From NCBI GenBank assembly GCA_028023455.1, contig JAQFVV010000003.1:28582001-28646000 (forward strand): a stretch of DNA of 64,000 bases, given 5' to 3'. The stretch comes from Epiperipatus broadwayi. Lineage: Eukaryota; Animalia; Onychophora. Below, one piece after another: positions 1 through 13,039 of this stretch. The notes beneath the pieces are model-generated. The model made no database searches. It was given only the letters and a program-made list of their open reading frames with translations, and had not been told where the DNA came from. Position 1 is the first letter of the stretch, and each line of letters opens with the position of its first letter. The position numbers and the translations under genes were made by a program.

Positions 1-699
1 TTTAAAAAATTAATGTGTCTTATCACTTTCATAGGCATTTTAAACAAAACAGGCAAAACTCTCTATACATATTGATCATGTGACATTTTAAACAAATATA
101 TATTTCAACAAGTTATATTAGTTAATAAATAAACAAGCAGATTTTTTAACTTCAATAAAAGCATTTAAAAACAAAATGTAAAACAAATTCTTTTAAATTA
201 CAATTAATCCTTTTTATTTTCCATCAATATATGGAAAAGATTTTGGTGTTTACTTTTTAGATCATTACAGGTTTTCACAAATTATTTAGTTTGTATTATT
301 TTTATTTGATGCTGCAATTTCTCCTTACCATTAATGATTTGATTTTTTTTTAAAATATTTTATTCAGTTATTTATTTTAATGTGTCTGTATTTATTTTAA
401 AAAAAAAGAAATTTTTCAGAAATGTATTTATTGTGATTATTTGTTAATAATTATATAATATCAATAATTCTGCGCTAACATGCTTGTTAGAGGTTTAATT
501 TTGTAAAAATTATATGTTTATCTGCGCTTTCATAGCCGAGTGCAGTCAATAGTAATGAGGAGGCATATTCAGAAAATAAAGAATTGTATATTACAATATC
601 CTTTTTAAAAAAAAAAATTCATCTTTATTTAAATAAATATAATAAATAATTTTAGAATTGTTTTTATGACTCAGTAATTTATCAAAAGGTATTTATATT

Positions 700-812
700 A
701 TTGGAATTGAAGAGCTGGGCAATGAAGAAAATGGAGAGGAAAAATGGATAAATTAATAATGTGCTTACAGTCTGGACCTGCCTATGATATAGAATACTAT
801 TGATGATTCTTG
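700..812 (+). mobile_element. 3' tail of an RTE-clade LINE
   Basis: Ends in GACCTGCCTATGATATAGAATACTATTGATGAT, the same kind of terminal motif as the RTE fragment at 14290-14735 (ACCTGTCCATGGGACAGAATACTATTGATTGAT on the minus strand). Confidence 0.45.
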
Positions 813-1141
813 CTTGAGGCAGATTCACCTCAAAATATTAATTTTTTAAAAGTGAAAAAAAAAATTATTACAAATACTATATAGCAGTTAGAGTAGAAAT
901 AAATACACCTGGGTCTCGTTTTATGCGGATTATTTTAATGGGTTCATATTTCTTCTTAATATATTTCATATTTCACTATATTTATTAGATATCAAGAAAT
1001 TTAAATTATTAATAACTTATTTTGACTTGAAATACTTTTTTTTTTTTAAATATAACGTTATATTAGTAGCTAACATGAATATGGCCTGAAGCTGTATTTA
1101 GAATCTTAGTTTCTATGTAAATAACCTACTTATACTAATGA

Positions 1142-1486
1142 AAAACAGGCTAAACTCACTATACGTATTGCCACACACAGCAAGCTAGAGTAATCAATGG
1201 ATGTCAGAAGGCTTGTGCATAAAATCCCCATCTAGTGCCTACTCATCCAATATTCCCAGACTAGTTTCTGGCTTGTGCCTTTCGTCAGTGAGGAGCCTTG
1301 GATCTGAGAGCACTGTACCTAGATCTTAGGATGAGTAGGCACTAGATGGGGATTTTATGCACAAGCCTTCTGGCATCCATTGATTACTGTAGCTTGCTGT
1401 GTGTGGCAATATGTATATGAGTTTTGTCTGTTTTAACAACAGTTAAACACAAGCATAAGAAGTGGTGGTCATGTGATGTTTATTGG
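1142..1486 (-). mobile_element. 345-bp hairpin element carrying a hammerhead-like motif (retrozyme-like)
   Basis: 13-bp TSD CTTATACTAATGA at 1129-1141 and 1487-1499; the empty site is seen in the sibling MITEs at about 57551 and 60450. Inverted arms are about 1142-1248 and 1329-1434. A second copy lies at about 34158-34430. Confidence 0.75.
1245..1303 (-). ncRNA. Type I hammerhead ribozyme-like motif
   Basis: Minus strand reads ATCCAA-GGCTC-CTCA CTGACGA AA GGC-ACAA-GCC A GAAA CTAG TC TGGG-AATA-TTGGAT: CUGANGA and GAAA core, palindromic ACUAGU stem III, GUC triplet, bulged stem I. The base of stem II is an A.A mismatch rather than the canonical G-C. Confidence 0.65.
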
Positions 1487-3356
1487 CTTATACTAATGAG
1501 TAAATAATAATACATTATACTTACATATAAAAATATCGCAATAAATATTCAAAAATTTTAAACTTTTAAAACGTATTTTGTTAGATATAACAGAAATATT
1601 TTTTTTAGATTGTTAAAATAAATAATGAAGATTTTATTGATTTTTTTAAACTGAAAATAATCTTTTTAATGATAATGTATAATCTTTTTGTTTTGATTGC
1701 GATCTCATTTTTTTAACATAGAAACAGAAAACCATTAACACAGCACAAGACTGAAAGTGGCGCTAGTTGTACATTACGTCACGAATCTGATTTCTTGCTA
1801 GTTCACAAAAGAACGCATATATATTGTCAAATAGCAGTAATGATTAAAATATGTATGAAAAAATATAAAATTAAATACTGTAGTTAATAAAAAAAATTTG
1901 TCTTGTATTAATTTTTTTCAAATATTTGAAATTTTTTATTAGTCGTACTTTATTTCTTTATTTTTTTTAATGCGAATTTTAAAATAATTTTTCCTTGTTG
2001 CTTTGCTTTTATATGAATTCTGAAAATTACTCGAACATATCCCCCATTTTTCAAGGTAAGTTAAGTCTATTTTTGTGCGATTTCTTTTGTGCGCATTTTC
2101 TGAGGAACCTATCTACCACATAAAACGAGAACCAGGTGTATAGAGGATATCAAAAAAGAGAGACATCAATAACTAGCAAATAGTAGCTCTTTCCTATAAG
2201 TATGGCCACTGTGACTTTTAAAGGTAGATTAGGGATGTACACAGGTGCTTAAAAATTATTTTTTATATTGTAAGCTTTTGGATGTACTAGATAATTAATC
2301 TATATATATTGTTTATAATTTTATTTCAACTGTGCTTCAGTATATTTATAATTTAATATCTATGCACTATATTTTAAAATATAGTTATTAGAAAAATTTT
2401 CCATTTTAATCAGAAATCATTATATTGTGCCTAAAATTTAATGTTTGAATTCACACAGAATTATCATTATGTGTAATTCCAGATAATCCTTATAAAAGCA
2501 ATGGATCAGACACATTTTAAAAAAAATACAATTTGAAGCATATATTTATATACAAATGCAAAGATTCTGTACCCCAAAGCAATATAATTCTGTAAACAAA
2601 AGATGAAAATTTGCCATTGAATGGTATCCCACATAATATAATTTATTCTAATACCTCAATATTTAGAGTTAGTTCACAAACTTTACTGAATTCTTTTCCT
2701 TCATATCATATACAACTGTATACATACATAATCTTAAATCATGCTTTATCTGCATTTTCATTTATATAATAATAAATTATAATTTTACCCAAAAAGATCA
2801 ACAAATTCTAATGTAATATATGCCTAGACACATTCAATAATTGAAAAAGAAATTGTTCATCAAGAAAAAAAAAACTATTTGGTTAACTCAGTGAATAAAC
2901 TTAATTCACCATTTGCAGAAATGCTAGAAAAATTTGTCTTGCAACAGGCAATTTAAGGGCCATTTTTATTAAATGCAATTTTCAATTTTAATAAATAAGT
3001 ATACAGGATATTTATTCAATAAAGTAATTATACTGTAATTGCTAACTTTAAAAAAAAAAATTGATTGTAAAATCCAAAGAAAGATAAAAAAAGTCTAATC
3101 ATATAAAAGATTGGGTTAAGCTCTTTTCAAGAAGTTGTAAACAAGTCAGATAGATATAAAATTATTTCAATGTTCAATTATGGACATTATTTGCTTCATA
3201 TCATATTATTTATTTTGCTGAATTATAGATAAAAAAGCAAATAAAATTAATAATTGTAAAAAATATGCTCTGCTTTTAAAACTGGAATAAAACATTAATA
3301 TTATAGATTTAAAAATAATTGAATTAAATCATAGATAAATTTAGAAATAAATTTAC

Positions 3357-3482
3357 CTATCTCTGTCTGCTTCTCGATCTCGAAAAATATCTCTGTCAGT
3401 GTCTCTATCTCGAAAAATATCACCAAATCCCATACGTGAACCAAACATAGGACTACTGGTATTAAAGCTAGATGTCATATTT
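3357..3482 (-). CDS. 126-nt coding exon (phase 2-2) of an unidentified gene, encoding NMTSSFNTSSPMFGSRMGFGDIFRDRDTDRDIFRDREADRD
   Basis: Acceptor TATCTTTTTTAG and donor AG|GTAAAT. The frame is open, GC is raised against the flanks, a 30-nt internal duplication encodes DIFRDRDTDR/DIFRDREADR, and the phase is compatible with the exon at 7378-7388. Confidence 0.7.
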
Positions 3483-6400
3483 CTAAAAAAGATATGTCCA
3501 AAGCATTATATTTTTTGTATATTTACACACACACATTATTAACTAAAGTTTACAACAAAAGATATAGTAATTAGTCATTTGATATTATTTATTTACCTAA
3601 AAACAAATGAATTACAAATCATTCCATACTACTTTCTTCCTACCTTCTTTAAAATTCTTTTCAAATTTTACAAATACATTTAACTTAATTCTCAGTGATA
3701 TTAATTTCTGCAAATCTGAATTTCTAAACTTAGAACTTTTCTGGTACTTAAATATTTTCATTTTCTTCTAGAAAAAATTAATTAAATCAATCTTCCAGTA
3801 AGCTGATTTTAAATTTTCTTTTATTATATTATGACTATAAATTCTCATCTATTTTCTAATTTCTAACATAAATTTTTCTCTTAACATCTTTAATTGATAA
3901 GTATCTCATTTCTTCCTTACTTTATTTTCTTTAAAATTAATTGGAATTCTTTAACAATACAACTAAGATCAAAGCCAATTTAGCTCCATGTTTGTATGCC
4001 TTTCCCTTGTCTATAGATTTTTTCCCCCTATTATGTGAAGCTCCTATTATAAATTTTCCTTTTAAGATTTTATAACTGCAATATATTATTTTTCTATAAA
4101 TGCTCATTAATTTTATATCTGTTTCATTCCATCAAGTTCCTACAATTTTATTTCTCACTACAGCATTTCAACCTATCTTTACCATAATGCAATTTTTTAA
4201 TTACTTTTTCAATTTCCTTATGATCACTATATTTGTTCTCATACAAACATGAATCTATTCACTTTACAGTTTTTACAAAAATAGAAATTAATATCAAAAC
4301 CATTTATTGCATATAAATAACTAAGCTTTTAATTACTATTTTAAAGATTTTCAAAAAATTTTAATTTTATTGTTTCACATTTGGTATATTTAGGAAATAA
4401 AACATTCATAATATTTACCTTCTATTATTTCCATTATTTAATCCTTTTTTTTAAATACTTAAATGACTTTTTATTTCTATAAATCTTACATCAGATTTCA
4501 TAAACTTTTATTCCAAATTATCACACTAAGAAAAATATATAAAACAATTTATCTAACAATATTCATTGACATTTTAAATATACATTAAATGAAACACGCT
4601 TAAGTTATATTAACCAAATTAATGAAGTTATTAATCTCAATAAACTAAAAATTCATACATTAATATGTAAAACAACAATATTGGACAAAAACTTCAAACA
4701 TACCTCATTAGTTTTTATTATTAGTAATAGAAATATTAAGATTAATTAGTTTCAATTCATAAAAAAAAAAAAATGGAAACAATACCTATATATCAAGTAT
4801 ATGCATCATAAATAAATACAACAAACATGTAATTATTATATACAAATGAACCAATACAAAAGTTTTAAAAAAAATATGATGGAAGATTCTATATATATGA
4901 AATCTGTACGTTGTGTGTTATAAGAGTTATGCCTATAATTAACACAACTTTTCAATACTGGTTTGTTCCAATACTACTACTAATATTTTTATGACTACAT
5001 TCTTTTATAATGTCTGAATAGATATCTAGTTGATTTTATCTTAATGTAAATCCAAGGACAAATTGATAAATGAGAATTATAAAAATATAAAATATGCTAC
5101 AACCATCACTGAATTCATGGTTTATTTTTATTATTAAAAAAGATAAAATTATTCTTTATACGTATATAGAATTTGTATTAAACGCAGACAATTAAATGAT
5201 AAGATACACATAATTAAGCAAATAATATACAGTATAAACATACACATTATGTATATATTTAATACACTATTTACATAATTATGCAATCACAGTGCATATA
5301 TAAAGAGGTGCCAAATATTTCAGCATTATATTTTTGATATCAGCCAGCAGAAAAGTGCAAGCACTTACCTGACAGAACCGAGTCAGTTTGCTAAATTTGT
5401 GGAAAATGTCAAAATTATTACTGCTATTAGATGGAGTTCCTTATCAAAAACTACTCTACTGATTAATGTTTCAAGATCAAGACTCAAAAGTGAAGATTGC
5501 ATTTACTAAAAGTAGAATAAAACCTGCTAAAACCAATTATAGGTGAAAAAGTTTATCTAGAGAAATTCTACATATTCTATGAATGGATGTAGCCAAAAAT
5601 GCACAATTCTAACAATATAAATCATGGTAAAATTCAATCCACATGTGTATATATTATTATTTAACAAAACCTCTTTAAGCTATTGTTTCTGAAGTTATTG
5701 TTACATGTAATATTGCAAATGTAAAAATTAGACAAAAAACAATTTAAAGCATGTGATACGGTTGGATGAACCATTTCCACTTTTTCCAATATGAAAAAGT
5801 CATTAAAAAAACATCCTGCCATTTAGTCTGGTCTTTCCCAACTATGAAACATGCTATTGCAAGTTATTTCAACTTTATCCCATGGTATAATTTCTAAACA
5901 TTATAAACTTCCAAGAACATATTACATAAATCTTATTACTTGACCATTATTTGATTTATATGTTATTGAACCTCTGCAAAACTATCTTAAGTGATGAATG
6001 ATGAATACCAGACATTTCTCAAGAGAATTTAAGCTTTTCCCCCAAAGAATTGGCATATTTAACATAATGTACTTATAGTGTTCAAATAGTATTCCATGTA
6101 ATTTTAACTCACACAGAAAGACATTATCACTTCAAGTCATTTGAAAATTATAAATCAACTTAAAAATAATTAGATAAAAAAATTTCTTCTAGATTTTAAT
6201 ACAAAGCTAGTAATTGTATTTATTTAAAAATTTACATTTTATTTGTAATTATATATTGAACTATTTCTATCATCTACAATTAATAATCGTAAAATGTCTT
6301 TAGAAAAATTCAAACTGTTAAAAATTGCAGAGATTTCGCTAGATTCTGAACTACCTTCTTTTGCTGTCCCATAATGATAATGTAGCTTACTTTTTGTGTT

Positions 6401-7281
6401 TCTGTCATGACTGCATATATATGCCAATTATTTTCCTGTGCGAGTGTTTTTTTTTTTTGGAACCTATAGTTTTGATTTTATCAAAAGGTATATTATTACA
6501 AGAACATTTAGGAACGCCTCTTTTGTTATTGTTCTATTATGAATTTAATTGAAGGAATGTTATTGATGTGTCCAGAATGTTTGCGGTAGCTTTTCACCAT
6601 GTGGCCAAACAAATGCATCAATATAGCAAAGCCAGACTAGATGAAGGAGTATTTATAGCTTCTGCATCAAGTATAACCCCAAACCATTATTTGTATTATA
6701 TTTCAAATAGTCTGTAATAAAATAAATGTATTACCTAACGCTATGTTCGTAGTTCAAAAAAGGGTGGAAATAACGACAAAATATTTAGACTATTATGACT
6801 ATCAGTGGTTTAATATTAATGTCACCTTCTCAGCACAATCTTACTAACTCAAGTCAAAAATATGCTTTATACTTAGTTTCAAATAAGATCAAATATATTA
6901 TCTAACGCACACCAAATCTTAAAATTTTGTCTAATTTTCAGTAATTTGTTGAGTGAACGACGCTTGCATGGTCAAATAAGAAATTCACTACATTTACCAT
7001 GGAATTGCAGTAAAAGGACACAAAATCAATAAAGACAATGATTATATAAAATAAAAAAAATGCAGACAATTTTCTTTTTTTTTTTTTTTTGGCGGGCTAT
7101 TTATTTTTTAAAAAACTATGATCTTACAAAACCGACAACAATCTTCAGGTAAATTAAAAGTCCATCAAATTAAAAAAAAAAAAGAACAAAATCAAAGACT
7201 TTAAATCCTAAGAATAAATAATATTATAACAACACTAAAATGTATATATTTATTTTCAATAGTCAAAAACAAATACCTTAC

Positions 7282-7290
7282 CTCACGTTA
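7282..7290 (-). CDS. Candidate 9-nt microexon (TAACGTGAG; adds SNV)
   Basis: GTTTTAATAG|TAACGTGAG|GTAAGG; phase 2-2; leaves an 87-nt intron to the donor at 7377. Confidence 0.4.
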
Positions 7291-7377
7291 CTATTAAAAC
7301 ATAACTGGAAACTTTAAAAAATATTAAAAACATTTTTATTATATCTCCATATTATCAATATAAATTAATCTACTAAC

Positions 7378-7388
7378 CTGAAATCCAT
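7378..7388 (-). CDS. Candidate first coding segment ATG GAT TTC AG (MDF-) of the RD-repeat gene
   Basis: AAACATGGATTTCAG|GTTAGT with a good donor. Phase 2 joins in frame to both 7290 and 3482. The upstream 7390-7500 is relatively GC/CpG-rich and resembles a 5' UTR or promoter. Confidence 0.5.
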
Positions 7389-8431
7389 GTTTTACAATAA
7401 AATAATGGCCAAGATAAAACGATTGACAAGCAATTTAAGTTATCCGAAGAATAACTAATATGGCGCCTTAGCTATACAAAAACCAAACGCATGTCCCGAT
7501 CACTTCGTTCTTCATGTTTCTTCTAATGTAATTGGAAATAATGTAATCATGTGATATTTTTTTGAGATCCATTTAATATAAAATTAAATAATTTATCTAT
7601 TTATGTTGAATATTTTTTGAAACAGAAATAATTATTTCTTGTACATTTTTTTTTTCTCCTCAATATTAATTAACTAACCAATAAGAAATTGCTTTGCAAT
7701 TTTCAGTTTCAAAAAAAAATGAGTTATTGTTTTCTGTTCAGTAAATCTAATTTTATAATTTTAAATTCTATCTCGAATTCAAAAGTGAAATCTTAACCCT
7801 CAAAATTTTTTTTTACCCAGTTTCCATCCGCATTCAAAGATTATTAATTTACTGCAAACGAAATTTCTACTACCTTTTAGCATTTTAATCATAACTTCTT
7901 TACCGTTCTGTTGATATCTAATTTCTCTTTCTGATTTAGTAAATAAGTATATGATCCGTTCCATATTGCTAATATTAATTTTCTCTAAATTTGTAACTCA
8001 AAAGACGTCTTCTCTTATTTTGTTATTGCCCTAGTGTTTTTAAAAAAGAATATCAATATGAAAAATTTATGTATTATTTTGAATATTTTTTAAAGCAAAA
8101 ATATTCAAAAAAAAACGAAAGGACATCATATGCTCATATTGCACTCAGCAAATTAAACCAGATTAACTTGGAATATTTACCCTCTGGTTAAATGCCCATA
8201 TCAGGATTAATTATTGATCATTTGTCCGAATACCAATAAATTTTCAAACTTCACCTGGCCTGGAATTAAATTAGTTTATTATTATGCAGACATAAATTAA
8301 CGACTGCTGTATACTCGATAGACAAGTTCATTTACTAACAAAGAAATAATTGGGTATAATTACAGATAGAATTCATTTCACTTTTGTAAATTATTAATAT
8401 ACATTGTCGTTTAATAATAATATAGTCCACA

Positions 8432-8968
8432 CAGGGTCTTTCAGAGAAAATATGAGCCCTTATTTGAGAGGCCCTTCAAAATTTAAAATAAGAACGTGAG
8501 GAGAAAGAGAAGAAATGAGAATTTTTATTTACAGGGCCGAAAACAGGACTCCGGGAGCAGTTAGTCAGGAGTCGCAGAAACGAGCAAGCAGATTAAATCC
8601 AGGTAGCACTTGGATAGGGTAGATTCACGCTTAGTACTGTTAGTATCATAAAACACGGTTTGCTGAAACTTAATTCTGACGGTCACCGAGTGCTGCAATC
8701 ACATTCGTCGCAGAGTTGTCAAATTGGCACCTCATCCGTAAACTTGCTTATGGTTTCGACTCGTGGTATGCCTGCTTGGAAAAGTTTTTCTCAAATATTT
8801 TTTGAGAGAATTTAATTGTAAAATTAAGGCTATTCTACAAGCTATGACATCGCTTTGCCTTCTATATTTTTTTTTAACGTATTGAGTTGCCAAATTGAGG
8901 CCCCTAATACTGCAAGGCCTGGGGCAGGTGCCCCTCCTGTTTTCTCTCCCCCCCCCTGATTGCCCATG
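8432..8968. mobile_element. hAT-type MITE
   Basis: Ends CAGGGTC... and ...TGCCCATG with GC-rich GGCCC/GCCCC subterminal motifs; flanked by an 8-bp near-perfect TSD, AGTCCACA / AGTTCACA. Confidence 0.7.
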
Positions 8969-9869
8969 AGTTCACATATTTAAATTTCTAGGATTAAAGT
9001 TCTCCGCACACAAATGTAATAAACTTTAACGTGACAGCTTTACATTCAATTTAATCAGTATTCATTGGTGCATTGGTAAGTTTTCACGTTTTTTTCTATA
9101 TCTCTCATAGCTCGCTGGCTCTCTTGATGTCTTCATTTGCATAATAATAGCTTATTAGCACAATAATAAATTCATTACTATTCAATATAGCAGTAACTTA
9201 TGCTGATTTTATAAAGGGTAAATTATAATAGGGGTAATGTACAGACTGCAAGCAACTACAAAATTCTACAAGTAATCTAACTACAGTTTCTATTATATGT
9301 ATGCTCCAGACATAATATAAATAAGTCTATTTATTATGTATAACAATCTGATCATCTCATTAAAAATAAATAATTGTTGCATATTGATTAATGTTATATT
9401 TAATTATTCCCTATTTTAAAGCAAAGTAGTTTACACTTTTATTTCTGTGCAATTATGATTGAATCTTTGGCCATTGCTTATAATCCCTGATTTATGGTGT
9501 ATATATTTTCATTCTAAACCTTTTACAAAATTTTATTAATTCTACTTAACATCTTGTTATGTTTATTCTTAATATGAACCCATATTATCATATAAGCAAA
9601 ACTGATGCAATGGATTGTCCTATCCCCACTGCTAATTACATCTTCATGAAGACACCATTTATTAACCATTATGAAAATAAATATTAATAAAATAGAAGAC
9701 ATTCTTATAAAAGAATATTTTTAAAAAATATATTTTTATTCATATTAAGTAATAATCTTCCAATCAATATCTTTGTTTCTCAGAATCAATCAAATAAATG
9801 TTAGCTTTTTCTATTTTCCTTTCAATATTAGTTCTCAAAGTACCAAATTACTTGTTAAACTTGTTATAA

Positions 9870-11292
9870 ATGTGTTGCATTAAATTGGCAATGAGAGGGA
9901 GAAAGTATAAGCACATTCTTGGTAGACCTCTGACATCTGATGGGGTGTTGTGAATTTGGTCTTTCACTACAGAGTGTCTTTGGGACCAATTCATCTGTGG
10001 ACTTTGCAGTGAGGTAACACAACATAAACTATTAACAGAAGAAAGCTTAACCATGGAAATGGCTGTTCAGCATAGCTTGGCCATGGAGTCAGCATCAATA
10101 CAAGTGTGCGAAATTCATACCATTAGCTCATTCATGCCAACTGTAGACTTTATTCAATGGAGCAGGTCAACAGTTCACTGTAATAACCTTCCGGGGTCAC
10201 TACCACCCCCTTAAACACCAGGGTACAAAAAAACAATGATACCCCTTGGTCAGGAACCACTCCTTGTGACGGACACGGTGGTCAGCACAACCAAGCAGAA
10301 TGTCCTTTTAAAAGAACCAAATGCTATTTCTGTCAGAGAGTGGGACACCTACAGCATTTTTGCTGAGCAAAGCAATGAAATATTCCGAGGATGTCTAACT
10401 GGCATATGACAGAGACTGAATTGGAAAAAGTCATGGATCACATCCATGAAGTGCGCCAGAATGGTTTGACACATAAGGTTACCGCACAAATATGCATATA
10501 TGGCAAAGAATGCAAAATGGAGGTCAACTCAGTCACAATATTCTATAATGTCATATGATACATTCACAGATGTATGTAAGGAACCTATACCTAAATTACA
10601 ACCAGTCGAAATCTTACTAAGAGACCCTCAACATCATGCAATAGCATTTAAAGGACAATGCTAGTACCTATACAATATGGGAAGGACACATGCTGCTTAT
10701 GATTGTTGGTAGCAGAGAGCCCATGCACAAGTCTATTGGGACATGAATGGTTCAGACCTCTGGGTATTACACTATCAGGAGTTCATAGTATCACTGAACC
10801 ATCCATCCAAGATGTCATTAGCAAGTATCTGCAGGTATTTAACTCATTGATAGGAATTTATAAAGGGCCGGCTGTTTCACTGACCAATCCAGCTCAACTC
10901 TGGTAGAGGAACTGACTGATGCTCCAAAAACACACCTGAAGCAGCAGTGGAAACCACAGACAATGCCAACCCAACACCTCTCTGCCAACCATCTCCAAAA
11001 CCATGCAAGGAGCACCTTTCATGTTAACATCAATGTCCGGTATATTTTGAGGACTACGAAGTCTCATTCTAAGGGGGAAGGGGTGTTATGTATTGGGTTT
11101 ACGATGAACATTTTTCAGTCACCATTTTACAATAATGGCATTAACGCATTGTTGAACTCACTTATATAAACCACTGTAACAAAGGTACATACAGCCACAT
11201 ATTGTAATAATGATTAAGTATTGTACTAATAAAATGCTATAGTGTAAAACAACTGAATAGTAATTGTAATTTGAATTGATGTAGACATCACA
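9870..11292 (+). mobile_element. Degenerate, internally deleted Gypsy LTR retrotransposon (gag, protease, end of integrase, PPT, 3' LTR)
   Basis: Broken frames give gag LWDQFICGLCSEVTQHKLLTEESLTMEMA, zinc knuckle CPFKRTKCYFCQRVGHLQHFC, protease-region SLLGHEWFRPLGITLSGVH...KYLQVF...GIYKG and an integrase-like end PVYFEDYEV. The PPT AAGGGGGAAGGG (about 11071-11083) is followed by a TG...CA LTR at about 11084-11292. Confidence 0.85.
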
Positions 11293-12510
11293 TTTATAAA
11301 GTAAAATACTTAAATTTTCCAACATAACAAATAGCTGCAAAATGCAATATAACCACAAAAAGGTTTATGAGTCTATATATATATGAATGTGCTTGAAATA
11401 TTTCATTATAATATAATGTAATATTATTTTTGCATAAGATTCTATTATTTTTTTAAATTAAATTTCCAACAAAGTCCTTTTTAGGATTTTAATGTACATA
11501 TATATTGAAATTATATGCCTGCTTTGTTTAAAGCTTAATATTACTGATTATTTATCACAAAATGCATGCAAAAAAATAATAGTTTTTTGTTTTTTTTTTG
11601 TAAATAATAATGCTTTATTTTATTTATAGTTAAGCCTATTCTTTACTGCTGTTAATTTTTAATGTTTATTTATTTAATATTTTGACTGCTTTTCAGATAA
11701 TCCTTGTTCACAAAGAAAATGAAGTACTCTCTGGTTTTTCTGAAGACATGTAGTATAAAAATATTAATTTCTAGATAGAATTTTGCAATGTCAATAATAA
11801 TTTTGATAAGGTGTTATAGTGATTATTTTCTAATGCAATGATCTGAACTGTCGGTCAAAAATTCAAAATATAAAGCAATTTCTTTAGGTTTATTAAATTG
11901 ATAAGGTTGACTTGAAAAGATTGAAGATTTTCTATAGTTTTATTTAAGAAGAACTTGTCTGATTTGAATTGAATTGTGTTATTTGGAAAATGATATAATT
12001 TTTTTTTTTTATTTCTTCCTCACACAGAAAAGGAATCAACTGTCATAACTTGTATTCAAATCTAATATTTATCTTATGGTTTCATCTGCAATTTAGTATA
12101 GTTCTTGAAAAGCACTAAAGCTACTTTTTATTTCAAAATTTACTAAGCTATGTTTTATCCCAAAATTTACTAGGTGATACCACAGGCAAAAGTTATTTTA
12201 TATATTTGTCCATTCCTATTCATGTTGATGATGGTTATTAGACTCATTTGCAAAATGCAGAGTTGATTGTGATGTAAGAAAAAACTGGGGGTTTTTTTTT
12301 CATCTTTAATAAACTTAATAATTATTTGTTCTTTTAGTTTATAAAATAAATAAAAAAAAACTAAATTCTTATTCAAATTGAAAAACATAAGATTAGTTCT
12401 GAGAAAAGGAAAACTTAAATCTGAGAATTAAAAGCATTTGCAGGGTGTCAATCCACAGACAATTTTTTAAGATCTGAAAACAAAAAGAAATTAGTTTTCA
12501 ATTTTGTTAG

Positions 12511-12579
12511 TGATAATAATAGTTATGACATTGAAGTCCAAACAAAAAATCAGTATTATATGAATTCACAAGCTCCGAG
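12511..12579 (+). CDS. Candidate 69-nt coding exon (phase 2-2), encoding DNNSYDIEVQTKNQYYMNSQAP
   Basis: TTTTCAATTTTGTTAG| ... CCGAG|GTAAAA with an open frame. No recognised homology. Confidence 0.3.
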
Positions 12580-13012
12580 GTAAAATTTTTAATAAAAAAT
12601 TCTCTCACACGCTATTACCAGTGAAACTCATTATAAAGTCGAAATTAGCATATATTTCAAGTAAGGGTATTCCCTGGTGTTTATAGCACTGATGCATAAG
12701 AATTGTAAAATAAACTGAATGATTATTAAGTCATGCTAAATAGTGTAATGCATAAATTTTCACACTAAAATTTTAAAAATCTATCTATTTCTAATATAAA
12801 ATTTTCAAATTTATTTTTGTGACTCTCCTTGACAAAACCTGTAGTACCTTTGGGACAGGGTTTACAGTTTAAGAAGTTCTGCTATATAGCATCATGTTGT
12901 CTTTAATCTTAATGCTAGGTTGAGGGGACTTAGTAAAAAAATCTCAGTTCTTGCTATAGAATGTGGAGGTCATGTATATGCATTCATTTTTTACAAGTGT
13001 CTTTATTCATAG

Positions 13013-13039
13013 GTTTCAAGAATGTGTGATAGAAGACAA
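13013..13039 (+). CDS. Candidate 27-nt exon (phase 2-2), encoding FQECVIED
   Basis: CTTTATTCATAG| ... CAA|GTATAT; in phase with the 12511 candidate, but the donor is weak. Confidence 0.2.

Larger units (their letters stand above)
906..2138 (+). mobile_element. Tigger/pogo-like non-autonomous DNA transposon, copy 1, interrupted by a 345-bp insertion
   Basis: TIRs CACCTGGGTCTCGTTTTATG / CATAAAACGAGAACCAGGTG, TA on both sides (904-905, 2139-2140). The interior matches the copies at 34746, 57309 and 60204. Confidence 0.85.

Noticed and set aside
5340-5540. BEL/Pao-like peptide KIAFTKSRIKPAK, and a strong minus-strand donor near 5368
   Set aside because: The peptide match is a single short motif. 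An exon ending at that donor has a stop in the phase needed for the RD-repeat gene.
6239-6650. ORF 6239-6427 (GTAKEGSSE) as a Sola-like transposase remnant
   Set aside because: Only a vague resemblance to one motif; no catalytic residues or TIRs could be placed.
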